From assembly GCA_000934665.2 (NCBI GenBank), contig KZ538274.1:1-64000 (forward strand): DNA of 64,000 bases. Reading direction: 5' to 3'. This document shows, one piece after another, positions 1-14,172 of the stretch. The position numbers and the translations under genes were made by a program. How positions within the stretch are numbered: the stretch's first letter is position 1; every line of letters begins with the position of its first letter. The notes beneath the pieces are model-generated. The model searched no databases. It was not told the origin of the DNA and saw only the letters and a list, made by a program, of their open reading frames with translations. Source of the DNA: Catajapyx aquilonaris. Its lineage: Eukaryota.

Positions 1-1473
1 TGATCGTCTTGGTCTATAGAACGTCTGTGCAAAGTGGCTTGCTTTCTGCAAGATTTTGCAGCATATGACCGTGTTTCCTGTTGTACCGCTTCCACTACTG
101 CTTTGGAAAGCGCTTAGAAGTGCACCATGTTTTATCTCAAGTTGCAACTCAAGTGGAAGGGGCTTTCCTAATGGCAGCAAACTAACCAGAGAGTAAGCAA
201 AACCAACCACTTGAAAAGGGAGGCTGCAACCTCCAGCTTGGTAACATCCCCATCATCCTGCACTTTCCTCTCTTAAAACCGACCCATAATCCACAAAGCC
301 GGCCTAAATCCACTTTGAACGCATCTGGGGAAACGGTCCACATCCTTGGAAAAAGTAGTCTAATCGCACTGTAATGTAAGACTTATGTGTGACAATGAAT
401 TATTTTTCATTGTTTGCACGACTTACATTTATTTATTTGTACTTTGAGAGAAACAGCATGTTGCACAAACTGCGAACCTTTCTTTTTTTTCAAAAAAACA
501 AACAATTAACGTTGGTATCAATTTTTAAAATATCCCCACAGCCATAGGGGATTAGATCAAAGGTACGAGACTGGATCTTGTGTCCGGGAACATTTTCCGC
601 TACAATACGGTTCCGGATCATTACCGGTTTCCCCGTAAATAGTGCATGAAATGTGCGCAGGATGGCGCGATGGTGCTCCACCGACCCAGCATATTGATAG
701 GGCGCGATGGCCCCATTTGAACTGTGCTGGCTCGTAGCGACAGATCCCGGAAGCTGAGAGACGCAACCCCCCCNNNCCCCCCCCAATCCACACACAACCA
801 CAACGATTGATCTCTCGACCCCCACCGTCTCCACCAGACCCTGCTTTTGTTTCCAACCATTCAAGGGATCGTTATTTCCAAAAAGCTATTGTTGCCGGTT
901 ACATGAGCCCCTGGGTATCAAATTATGCCAAAGGTCACTTGACGCTAATGAAACCGGGTCCATAGTGTGAGTGCACAAAGGAATATAATATACCGTACAT
1001 ATGTATATTTTTGGGGGAAGTAAATAGCTGCACCAGCAGTTTCTTTGGGTCATCGTTGTTCAGGCCTTGACAAAAGGTTATGCATACAGATCGATGAACC
1101 TGTCAGAAGGATGGTGCACCTTAACGGAACAAGTGGCCTTGACCCGATTGACCCAGTTTGACCTATAGTGGGTTTCATGTATATGGCAAATCAGATAGGT
1201 CCATCTGATTCGAACCGGGTTCTGTTCCACTGTGCTCGTAGCATCTGCCCCCAAAAAACCCATGGTTGGTCACCCAATGGGGCAGGCCCCATCCCGCCGA
1301 AAGAGGACACTGCGGCATTGCCAACTTTTTTTTTTCCTCTTTTTTTGCGGGCTTCCCGCACAAGGTGGCGGAGGGCCAAGTGACGTCACGCTGCGTCACC
1401 CTCGCCCGCAAAGCGGAGAAAGTCTGGCCTCCCCCACCATGTTACCCACTACCCTACATTTCCCCACGTCCCT

Positions 1474-1474
<1 letters not shown>

Positions 1475-1543
<69 letters not shown>
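1475..1543. repeat. (TAA)n microsatellite, about 23 units
   Basis: Perfect trinucleotide run. Confidence 0.97.
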
Positions 1544-1544
<1 letters not shown>

Positions 1545-4500
1545 GGGTATCATGAGGGTGGTTCCAAATACTGTAATTCAATCAATATCTTGCATAGTGG
1601 AGTTACTTCCGGGTGAAACCGTGTTTTACTGACGTGAGATGTATGGACATGCTAGTGAACGTGGTTTAATGTATTTAGGCTTACATTAACCATTGGAGCC
1701 CTTTAGCTACAATTGACTGGCCGAAATATTGAAAAAAATTGCTGTATGACTGTTTCTACAGGAAGCATTTGAATTAAATAATTTTGACGATTCTGAACGC
1801 TGAACTCTTGCCAGTATTGTTGATTGACTGACATTACTATATTAGAAGATAACAATTTCACTAACTACTGATTTATCATGCATAGCCTTCATGCCATATC
1901 AACATTAGTACGTAATGTTAAAAATCACTTTCTCTATTGGCAAATTTTAACATTTCCTGTATTACTAAGATATTTACATTACAGCATTTACTTACTAATA
2001 AAATTAATAGCTAACACAGAATCAACGTGGGGGGCCTGTAGTTACACAGAAAGAAACCGCTGTGATTGTTAATGTACATACCCGCACGATGTAACTTCTG
2101 GAATATTTTTATAGACTTTTAAATACTTGCATGCTTTTAAACTACCTAAATACTTTTAATGAACCCCATTTCGAATGATTTACTATTACAGAGAGAAAGT
2201 GATAGAAGTCACTTGCTGTAATGGAACATTTTTATAGCAGACCTTTCAGTCACGAGTTTTCCCTAGTGAAAAATCCCCCGTTGCTTTATTGCAATGAACT
2301 GTAAGGTGCAAAATTTAAATTTACACGCAATCTGCGGAGTCACGAACCATGCTGAAGTACGAAACCCTTCTGAGGGCGTGTGGGGTTACGGTTTTAGCGG
2401 ATGATCCTATGCAACTTCAGAGCGTGGCACTGCGGGAAATATAAGCCGGCATAATTCCTTCATTCAAGTATTTACAAGGGCAGAAAATGCCCAGCTTGGA
2501 TCAAGTGCTGGGCTATAAGGTTACAAACGCCTGACATGCACACTACACTGAATAGCAAGAGAGGCGCTTGGGTTGCGTAGCAGGTTAGGATGAACGAAAT
2601 TTTAAAGTTCACGTTATGGTTATTCCTTGCATATAAGTTGAATTGGTAATTTTTGTGTAATTATGGCAGAGTGCAAAAGCTAAATTAATTTCCTCTTATA
2701 GTACGTATTTTGTCACATGTGAAACGGACAATTGGTCACAAACATGTGGGAATATTATTTCTGTGTGGGGAAACAGGGAGAGTAATTAATTTGGACATGT
2801 ATATTTAATGTCGATTATTTTCGTGCCGCTGATGTTTATTGGCCGCCCCCAATGGGTAACGGTTTTATCAATTTGTTGTATATTATTGTGGCAAGAGCTT
2901 AACGGGCAAAACCACACACATTGAACATTTTGCGTGGGAAATGCCAACATGTGTTTATTTAAAAAATATATTCAGTGAACTCACTGCAGTACTGCTACAA
3001 TTTTATCCACGCTTCAGTACCATCTGCTACATTTTATGAAACAAATTTTTTTTTTCCAGCTCTGATTCCTCAGGGTATCTATCAATCAATCAGTAATCAG
3101 GCTGAGCCCATGTCAGTGCAAGAGCTCCAAAGTGATGGGGCGCGAGTTTATAAACCGAGACAGAGTCTGCGAGATTGAGTTGGGTGTGGAGGTAGTACGT
3201 ATGTGCAACGGTGCTTTAAAAGGTAGGGTTGCGGATCGATGTGATAGGGCGATTGATTGTATTGGCCGCAGGCGCCGGAGACGGGCCAACAGAGACGAAC
3301 GCCTCGAAAAGAATATGGGTAAATGGGTGGATGGGTGGGATTTCTGGGGGAAAAAAATGTCTGCAAGAAGAGCCAAATACAAAATGATGTTCATATTAGG
3401 GAATACCTGGGATGTCCTGAAGATCCTAATGATTCATGGAACAGGCGCCGATCTTTACTATCCAATCACAGTTGCAACCTATGCGGGGTTGCCATGTTTC
3501 AGACTGCGGTATTGGGGCAGGTCGTGGTCCAGCCAGATTTATCCGAGGTTTTAAGGAAGGGATGTCAAAGTAATGGAGGTAGAGGATTTGCGTATTGATT
3601 TGTGGTCACGGTTTGAATTATTAAGGCGATTTGTACAATGTATTGGATACCCGAGGTTGTGGCATATTTTCGATATTATGGGGATCTGATGCACCTCCAG
3701 TTTTTAGGTTTGTTCTGTATGAAGAAACAGATGACAAATAATAAGCCACGAACCCAATCTTACCCAGCAGATGCGATGGAGAAGTATACAGAAAAATGTA
3801 TACACAAAGTCTGACACTGTCTCATAATTAAATCGTTGTTACTGTCCATAAAGAAATTCCGAGAGTTTTCATTCGGGTAATCTATCGAACAATGTTTTTC
3901 AGGAAATTAATTTTTGTAAGTTACTTCATTAGAAGATGAAACACAATCTCATGATGACACGTTGCTTGGGAATACCAACTTTCTTTTTATTTGTTTGTCA
4001 AGCTGCTTTGGATGTTGGGAATATTTGGTGAATCAGCTTGGCATCTTGTCAGTCGTAGAAAAGCTTTACTTTTAACCACGCACGCGCCTAACAATGTAAT
4101 TATAGATACTCATCGATAGTGGCAGCAACTGAAATGTGAGAGTACTTGATGTAATTATGGATTGGAAAGGCCTCCCTGGATGGTTGCTGAGAGAACCTTC
4201 CGCGAATAATTCCAAAAGTTGTCTTATCTACTTTCCTTTATGACTATATTAGTACGAGTCGATGCATAAATTGAAGTTAAGCGCATGAAGGATATTGCCT
4301 TACAAACGGATATGCCCAAATTTATGATAATGATGGTATCTAAGCAATCTAGTTTAATTGGAAAAATCCTGAAAAGTCATGTTTAACTTGCCAATTTGCT
4401 CGAGGCAGATTAACCTTCCTGTAATAATAAATAAAGGACAGTGTTAGTCAGTACCGGTCCATTTTAGTTCTGAGTTAATATTAGGCATAGTTTTACATTA

Positions 4501-4939
4501 TTGCAAACGGGTAAAGCCGGGTTTGCACAAAAATGTTTTCGATTATAAGCAGATATTTTTATGCCTGGTTTTTACGCTCTGCAGTATAACTGAGAATGCC
4601 CATGACTGTACTATTTGGACTTGCGACATTGGGTTTTATGTACTGGAAAAGTGATGACGGTCCATTAGCGAATGACGTTCAACGTGGGCGTGAAGATCGG
4701 ATGTAGGACAACAATCCCCACTCACCCTCTCCATGTCCCTTTTATCCCCCATCCCCATCAGATCTCATTCACAATCAGGATTTTCCAATCGGTGACGTCC
4801 TGATCCAATAGACAGACCTTGATCCACCATCTAAATATTTCATCCCTCTGACCTCTTGAGGCCATCCATTTCCATAAACACGTTATTTTCAACAAAATTG
4901 AATTTGGGGCGGTACACACCTTCCGTAATTAAACTTGCA

Positions 4940-5340
4940 GCCTGCTAATGAAATTTTGGCGCCATACTTAACCCTATGTGTAGCACAGTGGCGTATCTCC
5001 CGGTATGGCAACACAGTGTGGCGTGGGTGTGCAAAACTTGGTCGACAGAAGAGGGGGGGTCGTAACACACTATGCGCCGTCGCTGTTATAGGCGCCGGCG
5101 CCATCTTGGTTAGAAGGGGCGAGGCCGGCGACGCTGCAGCCCTCCCCCGCGGCGAATTACAAAAAAAAAAGAAAAAAAAGAAAAAAAAGAGAGGCACGAG
5201 AGGGTGTGAGTGCGAGGAGCGAGCGGTTTTTGGGGAGAGCCATTGGAAAAGTGTGGGGGTTCGAACCTGGTTTTGTCTAGTTTTAGTTCAGTGGAAAGGA
5301 GGAATCAGTGACATTTTGGTTTGGTTTCCGGATTCGTAAC
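4940..5340 (+). promoter_or_regulatory. Candidate promoter / 5' UTR region of the channel gene
   Basis: Locally GC/CpG-rich; YY1-like CGCCATCTT near 5100 and AACATGGCG overlapping the ATG at 5341; followed by two good donor sites. Confidence 0.45.
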
Positions 5341-5349
5341 ATGGCGTCG
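5341..5349 (+). CDS. cac: Probable first coding segment (MAS)
   Basis: AAC ATG G context; donor TCG|GTAAGC; removing the 57-nt GT-AG intron 5350-5406 removes the in-frame TAG. Confidence 0.45.
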
Positions 5350-5406
5350 GTAAGCTGGGAGGCCAAGGTGGCGCCGTCCCAGGATACGTCCCGGGCGTCC
5401 CCTTAG

Positions 5407-5438
5407 AGGCTATGGGCCTCACTTCCCGGCTCTCCACG
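5407..5438 (+). CDS. cac: Probable second coding exon (RLWASLPGSP-R)
   Basis: Acceptor ccccttag|, donor ACG|GTAAGG; ends in phase 2, matching the acceptor at 24485. Confidence 0.45.
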
Positions 5439-7677
5439 GTAAGGGAAATTGAATGTGTGAGGCCTCGGGGCCAAGTTGTGTGTTTTTGGGGAGAACCATG
5501 CTCTCCGACCTCGCCCTAAACACGATCAATAGGACTGGTTGGGTCTAACGTTGCCTTACACTATGCGGTACTCATTTGTACTCGAAGGAGGTGAATCTAG
5601 TTACACTTGGGTGGGGGTCAGATTTCATGTTTAGATGGCTGTGGGGTGTGGGCGATGGAAATTCCGCGGCACAGGGTGGCCGAAATTGTTGGAAAATATT
5701 GTACATTTCGTCTGTGCACTCAAACTATTTTGGAGAAAACGTTACTCTGTTATTAAATATTTTTGACCAAGTAAAATCAGAGAAAATTAATGTTATAGCA
5801 TTTGTCGAATATGCACAACGATTGTGCTAGTGTAATAGTGCAGAGAAATTCCTGGCGCTATAGTTTGAAATTCGACACGAATACCGCACTAATTTAATTA
5901 GTTGTGCATGAGTCCCCATTTTCTGGAGAAATCCACAAGTGTGGCCATGTTTGTCCATGGCATGTTAATAGTTAATGGTATACTGCAATTATAGTCTGAA
6001 CAAAGTGTTGCTAATTTTTGCATATTGTTACTAGTTTTTTGTTCTACTGATGATGAAATGATAAAATGTTTCAGCATCCTATTCAACGAGTAAAGAGCCG
6101 ACTTCTCCAAACTAGGTGCACTTATGGCTTCCACACTTCTATAATTACTTTTTGAACCCACTTCCCCGCGCGCCTCGAAGTTTTCAGCCATTGTCTAGGC
6201 AACAATCTATCCCGACGAAATGGTATCTCGCACAAGGTCAATACTTTCTGGGGTGATATTGACTATTAGCAACCGGATCTATATTGTCGATGCACAGTAC
6301 AAATGTGTCATAGTATCGATGACAGGTTGTAGCATAGTAGACAGGAAGGAGGGAGTTGGAGATTGTAAGAAATGCAAAAAAAAATTGGCTATCTTATGGG
6401 GTTGGGGGAGGTGGGGGTGTATAATTCCCCTGCTGAGAAGTTTACCGGGTGTTTGGTTCCGCTGCTTGGCATCTGAAAAGACGTCACGCAATGCCACACC
6501 AAGCCGGAATTTCTAAGTTAACCTTTGGGGGGAGTGTATATGTACACATGGCTGTATGTATTATTGGTGTGAAAGTAGCTTCCAAATCAATGGCATATGC
6601 ATAACTTTGATGGTGAATAATACGTGTCATTTGTCATTCAAATCGTTTGTGTGTGGTGTACTAGTGTGACATTTTTCTGGGACGGTGTGAGTAATTTGAT
6701 ATTGTGTGACATTTGTCATTTTTTGCACACGAGCTGCGTGTAATTAAGAGGGTCATACCACTAATGTAATTATATTCGGTGCAGGATGAGAGGCAGCTCT
6801 TACCATCAGTGAAACATGCAAATGGATTTTTTTTAAATGTTATTAGATATTTTATTTTATTTTATTTTATTTATTTAAGTTGGGGCAGAGCCCCTTTAGG
6901 GGGACGTTATTAGATATGAAATTCACATGTTACCACAGTATAAATTATTGTTCCCTTTCCTATTTAACACGTTAAGTCTGCAATTTTCCCCTGCTTTCCT
7001 GCCGGAAAAAGACGTCTACGTTTGGTAAATTATTCAGGAAGGTGGAAAAAAAACAGGTGCAATGTCCTCTTTCAGGTCAGCAAATCCCCCTCACGTTGAT
7101 TTGCAGTCACTAGGTGCAGTCGTGCGATTTTCATGCGGCCGTCCCAATCTAAAGGCAATAGGCTACATGATGATTGTGACTTGATCTAAAACACGCCATA
7201 AAGGCTAGAGTTGCAGTCGTAAGATTCGTGCGCGGCGTGTGGAAATCACTGTTGCAGCTCCTACCCTTTCCCCCCACTACTCCTACCACTCTCCACCCCC
7301 CGCTTCTTCCTCTTTTCCCATGAAAGTGAACCACCAGTTATGTCAGTCACAGGATCAGAAAATGTCGACACAGCCCTATCTCATCCGGACTGAGCGCCTT
7401 TTCATTAGCGACGAACGTGACAAACGGGGGTGTCCTTTACACTTTGACCACGCAAACTTCAAGCTAATTATGTCTTGAGGTGTTAAGGAAAAAGAGCTAT
7501 CAGCAGGGCTGTCGGGAAGTACAGTACCACTGTGTCTTTTAGGCTGGATACTATACAAAGCACGTATATAAAATCATTATAATTTTTGGACCAGATGCAA
7601 GTGCCTCGATGTAATGTAATTCATTATGTACATGTTAATATGCAATATGTAATATTCAGTACAATAGATGCCACTTG

Positions 7678-7970
7678 TTAGACTTTTTCAAGAGAAAAAA
7701 GTCTTAGAGAACGGCTGTCTGTCTGTGGACAGGTTGCAGACAGAGCCGTGCTATAAGACTTGTTTGGATTTTCGGGTTCCGGGTTCACTATCCGCCCCTC
7801 CCCCCTAGCTGCCCCCTACCCCTGACGGCCCATTCTCCCCAGACCGTCACTTACCCCCTGGCCTCCCAGTCCCCCCACCGCCCCCTCCCTAGATCACCCT
7901 TCCCCCCTCCTACCCCATGATACTTGTCCACAGACGGACGGACGGACAGAGCCGTGCTATAAGACTTATT
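7678..7970. mobile_element. Short non-autonomous element, Helentron/HINE-like
   Basis: Terminal stem-loop gacttttt/aaaaagtc, GTCT/GACG microsatellite, 23-bp repeat at 7739-7761 and 7945-7967 that is also inverted relative to about 7699-7716. Confidence 0.55.
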
Positions 7971-10900
7971 TCGATGGCTGAAAAAGGGTCTAAAAGATGA
8001 GTTTGCTAGGATATATTTTTAAATGGGAAAGGGGCGGTCTGAGGGTAGGAGGATGGAGGGGGAAGGGTAAGTCCACTTTTGGCCGAAATTGAGTTATGGG
8101 TGGTTTCAGTTTCAGTCCCAGTACCGTGACGGACGTTGGGGACAATAGCAGTAAGCATGAAAAAGTATACTCTAATCACGCCAATCTTGTTGATCATTAA
8201 AATTGAAATGCCGTCAAAAATACATTTGTTAAGATGTAGGATAATATATTAAGTTTGATGTTTCTTTTTTACTGCGACTTTTTGTAGAAGATGGCTTTTA
8301 TCAAAAGATTATCCAGTGTTTTCAAATTCTCTGGGTCCAAACACTGTTGCACTATAAATACAACATAATTATATATCAAGAAAAATTGGAGACAAGACCA
8401 GCAGAGATATCAATCAATTCACATAATTATACTGTATGCCAGCTCATTAAAATAAAAAGGTATTTTTTTTTTCTTTGACGTGACATTTAGAGACAGCACG
8501 TGTGCACCTTTTTGCACATGATCAATATACTGTAGTTGGGAAACTAGTTTCATTTGGCTCGAAAAGTTTGAGCTTCACGCACGAAGTTTCTGTTAATTAG
8601 ATGCATGTATGACGTCACTACTAGGGGGGGAAAAGGTTAAGCAACCGTTAACTATGTATTTCTCGTTGACCCTTGCTCCCACATCTGACGTCAAGAGATG
8701 GCCAGCTAAATTTTGCTTTTAGGTTTGGTTAAGGGATATTAATGCCAACAGCTGTTCTCAACCAGCCTTTATTATAGTCGAAGTGGAAATATTAGAAGCA
8801 TATGAAATTTTCTTCAGCAGAATGTCCCCTATTTTAATTTATGGAATACAAATTACAGTTAATTTTGGGTTGCCGTAGCAAATAATGTATGCATTTAAAA
8901 AATCAGGATCATCTCAATAGGAAGTACAGTACTAACCTTGATGCAATGTTCAGTCATAAAGTTAAGAATTTTCATTAATTTGTGTAATAAAACGGACGTC
9001 TCATTTTTGAAGTACTGTAATTTATTTTATATCATATGTTTATACCGTCGCGAATATGCAGTATTTTTTGTTATTCACACTACGTACAGTCTAGGCTGTG
9101 TTAATGGTGGACTCTTTGACACGCCACTGGGATAACTCTAGTGGGATAATACACTTTCACGTGTCCATTACAAAAATTAGTGGAGCATCTACTTAAAACC
9201 GACAACAAATTAAAACCTTGATGAAGGGAAAATTGAACATGTACTTCACTTTGTGAAACATTTTACAGCGCAAATAACTTACATCCTTGTTTTATGAAGA
9301 TATTAATATGGGTTTATTCAGTCAAGTTGGTGGTGGTCTTAACACCTTAGGGAAAAATACGATTTCTCAATTACTATATGAGTAGTACAGTATTTTTTAT
9401 TAGAAAGTGATGGGCGTTAATGCACATTTTGTTACTACTGGCACTAACTGACGAGCATAAGCCTCATGTTACTGATATTGTCGACATTCGCTTATTCCTA
9501 ACGGCGGAACAGAACAGAGCGGATTAAATATTGAATCACCATATATGGTCAATGGGGAGAGATTTAGGCAGGGGGGGATAGGTGGGGGAGTGGGGAGGGG
9601 GTAATACACTATCCAACGCTAGTGCGAGCATCCAGCTGAAATATTCATAAGCATGCTTATGATTACACATGGTAACGCAAATGATAAAACAGAGTTTATG
9701 AACACAGGGTGATCCAGATATTTTGTGCATTCAGTGGTGTCAAAAATTTTTACTGATTATGTGTGTAGGTAATATTATTGTGGCATAATTATACAATTGC
9801 TCAGAGGGCCATTAAGTGATTCCTAATAAAATTGAGGTGGAAAAGGCTTCCGGGACACTTTCCTCAGATAGATGCCATTCGACCTCACAAATGGGACTGC
9901 GCCTTCTGAATAGTGCAAAACTAGGATTGCCATTTGTCAGCCTCTCCCTAAATATGTTGACTAAAAATTGCACGCATTACAGAAAAACACTTTTTTGCGA
10001 AGAGCGTGTCCTTAAAGCACCCCTAATATTAGCCACTAGATTGCGCTATGAAAAGGCGACCATTATGCTTTTTTGCAATGCCGGAGAGTGTAATGGCTTC
10101 CCTACTTCGCAGCGCAATCTAGAGGTAAATACGAGCCATTTAATGATCCATTTTGCTCGAAACTATATTTTTTTTTCCTATACTATACTTTCTAGAGTGT
10201 GACATTTTTTTGACTCGAGGGTTAAATTCCTGTTGGACACGTGTTAGCTAGAATTAACCCTTCGATAATCCACTACATTGTCCTAATTTAGGCATGCCCT
10301 TATTTGCTAAAACGAGAAGGAGTAAAAATACTGGCAGTTCCAAGAAGGAAGCGCGTGGGGTATAATGCACTATTAGGTCACTACCTTTTACTATACTGTC
10401 CCGGGGGGGGGGATCTAATTATAAAGTTCATCAATTACTTTTTTTCTCTCCAAAAGAGTTGAGTCTGTAAGCTTATATTGCATAAATCCTAAGAATCGAT
10501 TTCATTATCAGGTGAGGAGTTTCCCAATTTCCTAAGTCTCACCCAAACTATTCGCAATATCGGTTTTTGGCAATGTCGCACCTGGTGTTGCGCACTGGGT
10601 CGGACCTCATTTGAATATTTGGTTTACTCCCCCACCACCACCACCACCACCAACTCTTCCTCCCCAAAAATTGCAATAAATTTGATTTGTAATAATGACC
10701 TACATTTTTGGCAATTACAGCAGGTAAATGAAGGGGCAAAGTCCTAGGGTTTTTGGGCTGGCGGACACAGCGCAAGTCACGTGGATTTTGGTCTGGAGCT
10801 TTTTGGAGGGGGTGGGGGTGGGGGTGGGAGGATAGGGGGTGGGGGTGGAGGGGGGCTGCGTCTATCGATCGGCGATGCCCACCACACCAGCAGCAACCCG

Positions 10901-12287
10901 ATGAAAAATTCAGCCCGTTTGCGTAATGATGAGGCAGGAAGGAGGGCTTCTAGTTACAAGGTGGGGGGGGGGGGGNGGGGGGGGGGAAGACGAGAGGTGG
11001 TTATTTTTTCTTATTATCATATTACAAGAAGATTAAATTCGACGGATTTAATAGGTATTGCTGAAGAAATCGATATATCGATACATTGATGTAATTTTAT
11101 TCAATATATATTTTTAAAAGCAGAAGTGAGCAGTTACAGTTGCTGAGTTTGATACGGTCTAACAGCTATGTTGTTTACTATTGAGCAGAGGGTCGTGGAA
11201 GAATAAGATGTTGGGCTACATGTTAGGATTAATGGCCTATAAATTCGCATCGAACGATCAGGTTGTAGCCACTTACTGATAAGGCTACCTTTTTTATAGA
11301 GACGTGTAGTTTTCTTATTTGCTACGTTTGACCTACATACTAGATACGGACAATTTTATGTACTTTAGAGGTTAATTGGGATATATTTTAATATGGTAAT
11401 CTTGCAGGTAATACGTCATTGTGATATATTTACATGTAAAAGTAGCTCGTTTCATCAGATGTAATTGGTTAATTATCCGAAGGTGCTCTTCGAACCATGT
11501 ATAAACTGTAGGCTATTAATGAACTGTCTGTTAATAAGTTCCTCCTGGGAATGCAGGTAAAGGCTTAGTAATCAGACGATACAAAATGCAACCAGTACAT
11601 TTGGAGTAGGCTATTCAGGACTAAACCTGTCTATTGATTATGTATCGAAATAGCTAACCGGATAATTGAGCACGGGCACCAATATTGCGAGGAACTGGCT
11701 TTCTTATTAGACCCTATCGCTCAACAGTTCCTGAGAAGACAGTGGCTACAAAAAAAAAAGGGGGGAAAAGAAGTTCCGTGGCATCAAAAACGAGATGGCA
11801 ACTATGCCGTGCCTGCCGCTATGAAATCGATGGACTATGGCAGCAGGCAAGCAGGAATGTATGCGTGTGGACCTACTATAGGCTCGAAACACGTGCAATA
11901 TCCAGGGGGGTTGCCTGTACGAGTTTCCTGGCAGGTACTCATGTATCTGGTATTGTGTTTCTGGTAGCCACATTGCGCAGGCTCATTCTATCTAGGGTTA
12001 ATTCTTGGGGCATTTCTTGTGCGCCTGTGTGCGGCATTTATGCATTATCCCAATACTGACCCCCCCATGTTCAAGTTTCTGCCCCGAGGCGATGCGCCAG
12101 TTCAACACTCTGGATGACAGACCGATTGTTACAGGGCCCGCAAATTACAAGTGAGAGTTTGAAACCGATGAGCAGATGGCTTCTAGCGATGAAAGCGAGC
12201 ACTTCCGTGTCTATTACATGTGGCATTTTAGTTGGATTCAGCATTTGAATGAGCTTTTGGTGCGTGGCAAATGATAATGTGATTCAA

Positions 12288-12360
12288 AAATTCAATATTC
12301 AAAATTGGAGTCATTGAACTATTAAATAGTTCAATGACTCCAATTTTGAATATTGAATTT
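12288..12360. repeat. Perfect 36-bp-arm palindrome with 1-nt spacer
   Basis: 12288-12323 is the exact reverse complement of 12325-12360. Confidence 0.93.
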
Positions 12361-13865
12361 CTTTGATTTTCTGTAGGGGGGCAATTTTTAATCTCAACTT
12401 AACTGTTGAATCTGCTGGGGTTAACCAGGTTCACCTGTGCCATCTAATGAAAGCTTTAAGAAAGTGTGAAAGGTTTATACACAGCTCTCATATCAAGGCG
12501 GCTTTTTTTTTTGACAAGGACTCAAAAATATTTGCTGTAAAGTTTCTTGGCTGGCACCAAGCTGGAGGATGTTGACCTCAGAGGTGGGTCTTTCAGGCTC
12601 GGAGGGCACAGTCTTCAAAGGGCTTTTTTTGTCATGAGTTTTATCGCTGTGAGGTGCATTGACGTGAATGGAGAAGTTGGGCTGGGGGCTGTTCACAAGG
12701 CGTCTTTGGTTGACCCAGGGTAGTGGATGAATTATTATCAGGAGTCCAAAATCGGAAGCCATAATTATGTATGTAAGAAAAAGCAAGCCGAAGTGAAAAT
12801 GAATATTCAACACTCCAGTTGAGTTTATTTTATGTGTCAGAATTCCCCACGTGGCTTAGGTGTGGACTACAATGCAATGTAAATGCAGTGCTAGTTCATG
12901 AATTATTTACGTGGATGGGAAAATAGTGTCTAGTGTTGTCCAGGGTAGGTCAGGTGAGCTTACCTGACCTACCCGGGGATCTAGTGTAGATTCTGGTTAG
13001 TTGGGATTTGCAGAGTTAGTGTTAGCAGTAATAGTGGTCAACAACAACAACAATATTTTGACATTATTATTTCACGTGAGAACATGCCCCTATTCTGTAA
13101 TTTAATCACTTGCTGTCTGTACGAAAACATCGTAAATCGTCGACGTTTACGACCGACTATAAAGTTTGGGGAATATAAATGGCCACTACATGACCATGTG
13201 TATAGATTTCCTGTTTTCTTGTCCATGACTGCGCTTCTTATAGTCATAAAGTATATGAACAACAGGCGATGTATTACCGTAAATTTTGTTGTTAGTGACA
13301 GGGTTGGAAATGTCCTTCGTCGCTTAATGAAACTGCAGGTGTATTATTTAATTAATTGTAGTATTTTCTATGAACGTGACATAAAGTTCACATTTTTCTA
13401 TCTCTTCTGAGAGCAGCCATGTGACTTCAATTTAAGTTGGGCATGCTGACAAAACGAAGAATTATTTATTTAAAAGTAATTTCTCACTTGCTGTGTTTTT
13501 TCAGTAGCCCTTACCTTACCCTATTCCCCCTGAGTTGAAAAGAAAGTTTACGTCTCCCCAGACGTAACAGGTGAAAATTAGATAAGATTGGGCCTAGAGA
13601 AAGGTGCTGGCTATTGCTTCGGATCCCGGGCTTAAGATTGGCTACAGTGCGAGCTACACGTAACCTTATACACCAATATATTTGATACACACTGTCATTG
13701 GTTGTTGGAGAATATGGTAAACTCAAGACTTCGCCAGTATGAATATTTGGTGTAAGTGTAGGAATGTCCCCGAGTTAAGCGATATATTTTTCATCTGTGG
13801 AGGAGTGACACGTGCATTCAGATAACTTTATTATGGACAGTATATCAGGGGTAGCTGAAGAACAA

Positions 13866-14172
13866 TCTTCTTCTATATAAATAAAGCCGTTTGTGAGTCT
13901 GTCTGTCTGTCCGCCTGCCAACCGTCATTTGCCTGCCATCTGTGCTCCACCCCCAGGCCGATAGAGGATGGAGGTGTTGGGGGTTGACTACAGATGGCAG
14001 ACAAATGTCGGTTGCCGTTATACAGGCGGGAGAGGGTGAAGGTGTTGGAGTAGCAGGACCACACATGGCATTAGTGGCCGGACACACAGAAAGACAGACA
14101 GTTGACGGGGCTACTGGCAGGTGTTTTCCCTTCATTAATTTCTTCCCGGGCAACGCCGGGTGCCGCAGCTAG
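13866..14172 (+). mobile_element. Non-autonomous Helitron-like element, copy 1
   Basis: A|TC 5' end, (GTCT)n, 3' hairpin cccgg-gcaacg-ccggg, CTAG|T end; similar to 21743-22028. Confidence 0.85.

Noticed and set aside
4889..5197. Divergent minus-strand gene starting at AAGATGGCG
   Set aside because: No recognisable protein and no supportable downstream exon chain in 1-4900.
5404..5406. In-frame TAG as a readthrough or A-to-I recoding site
   Set aside because: Explained more simply as the acceptor of a 57-nt GT-AG intron.
10800..10990. G-run clusters as functional G-quadruplexes
   Set aside because: G/C homopolymer runs are frequent throughout the window and some contain Ns; nothing specific supports function.
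13084..13410. ORF with RRRLRPTIKFGE, loosely like a cac N-terminal exon
   Set aside because: Similarity too weak, and I did not find convincing phase-compatible splice sites.
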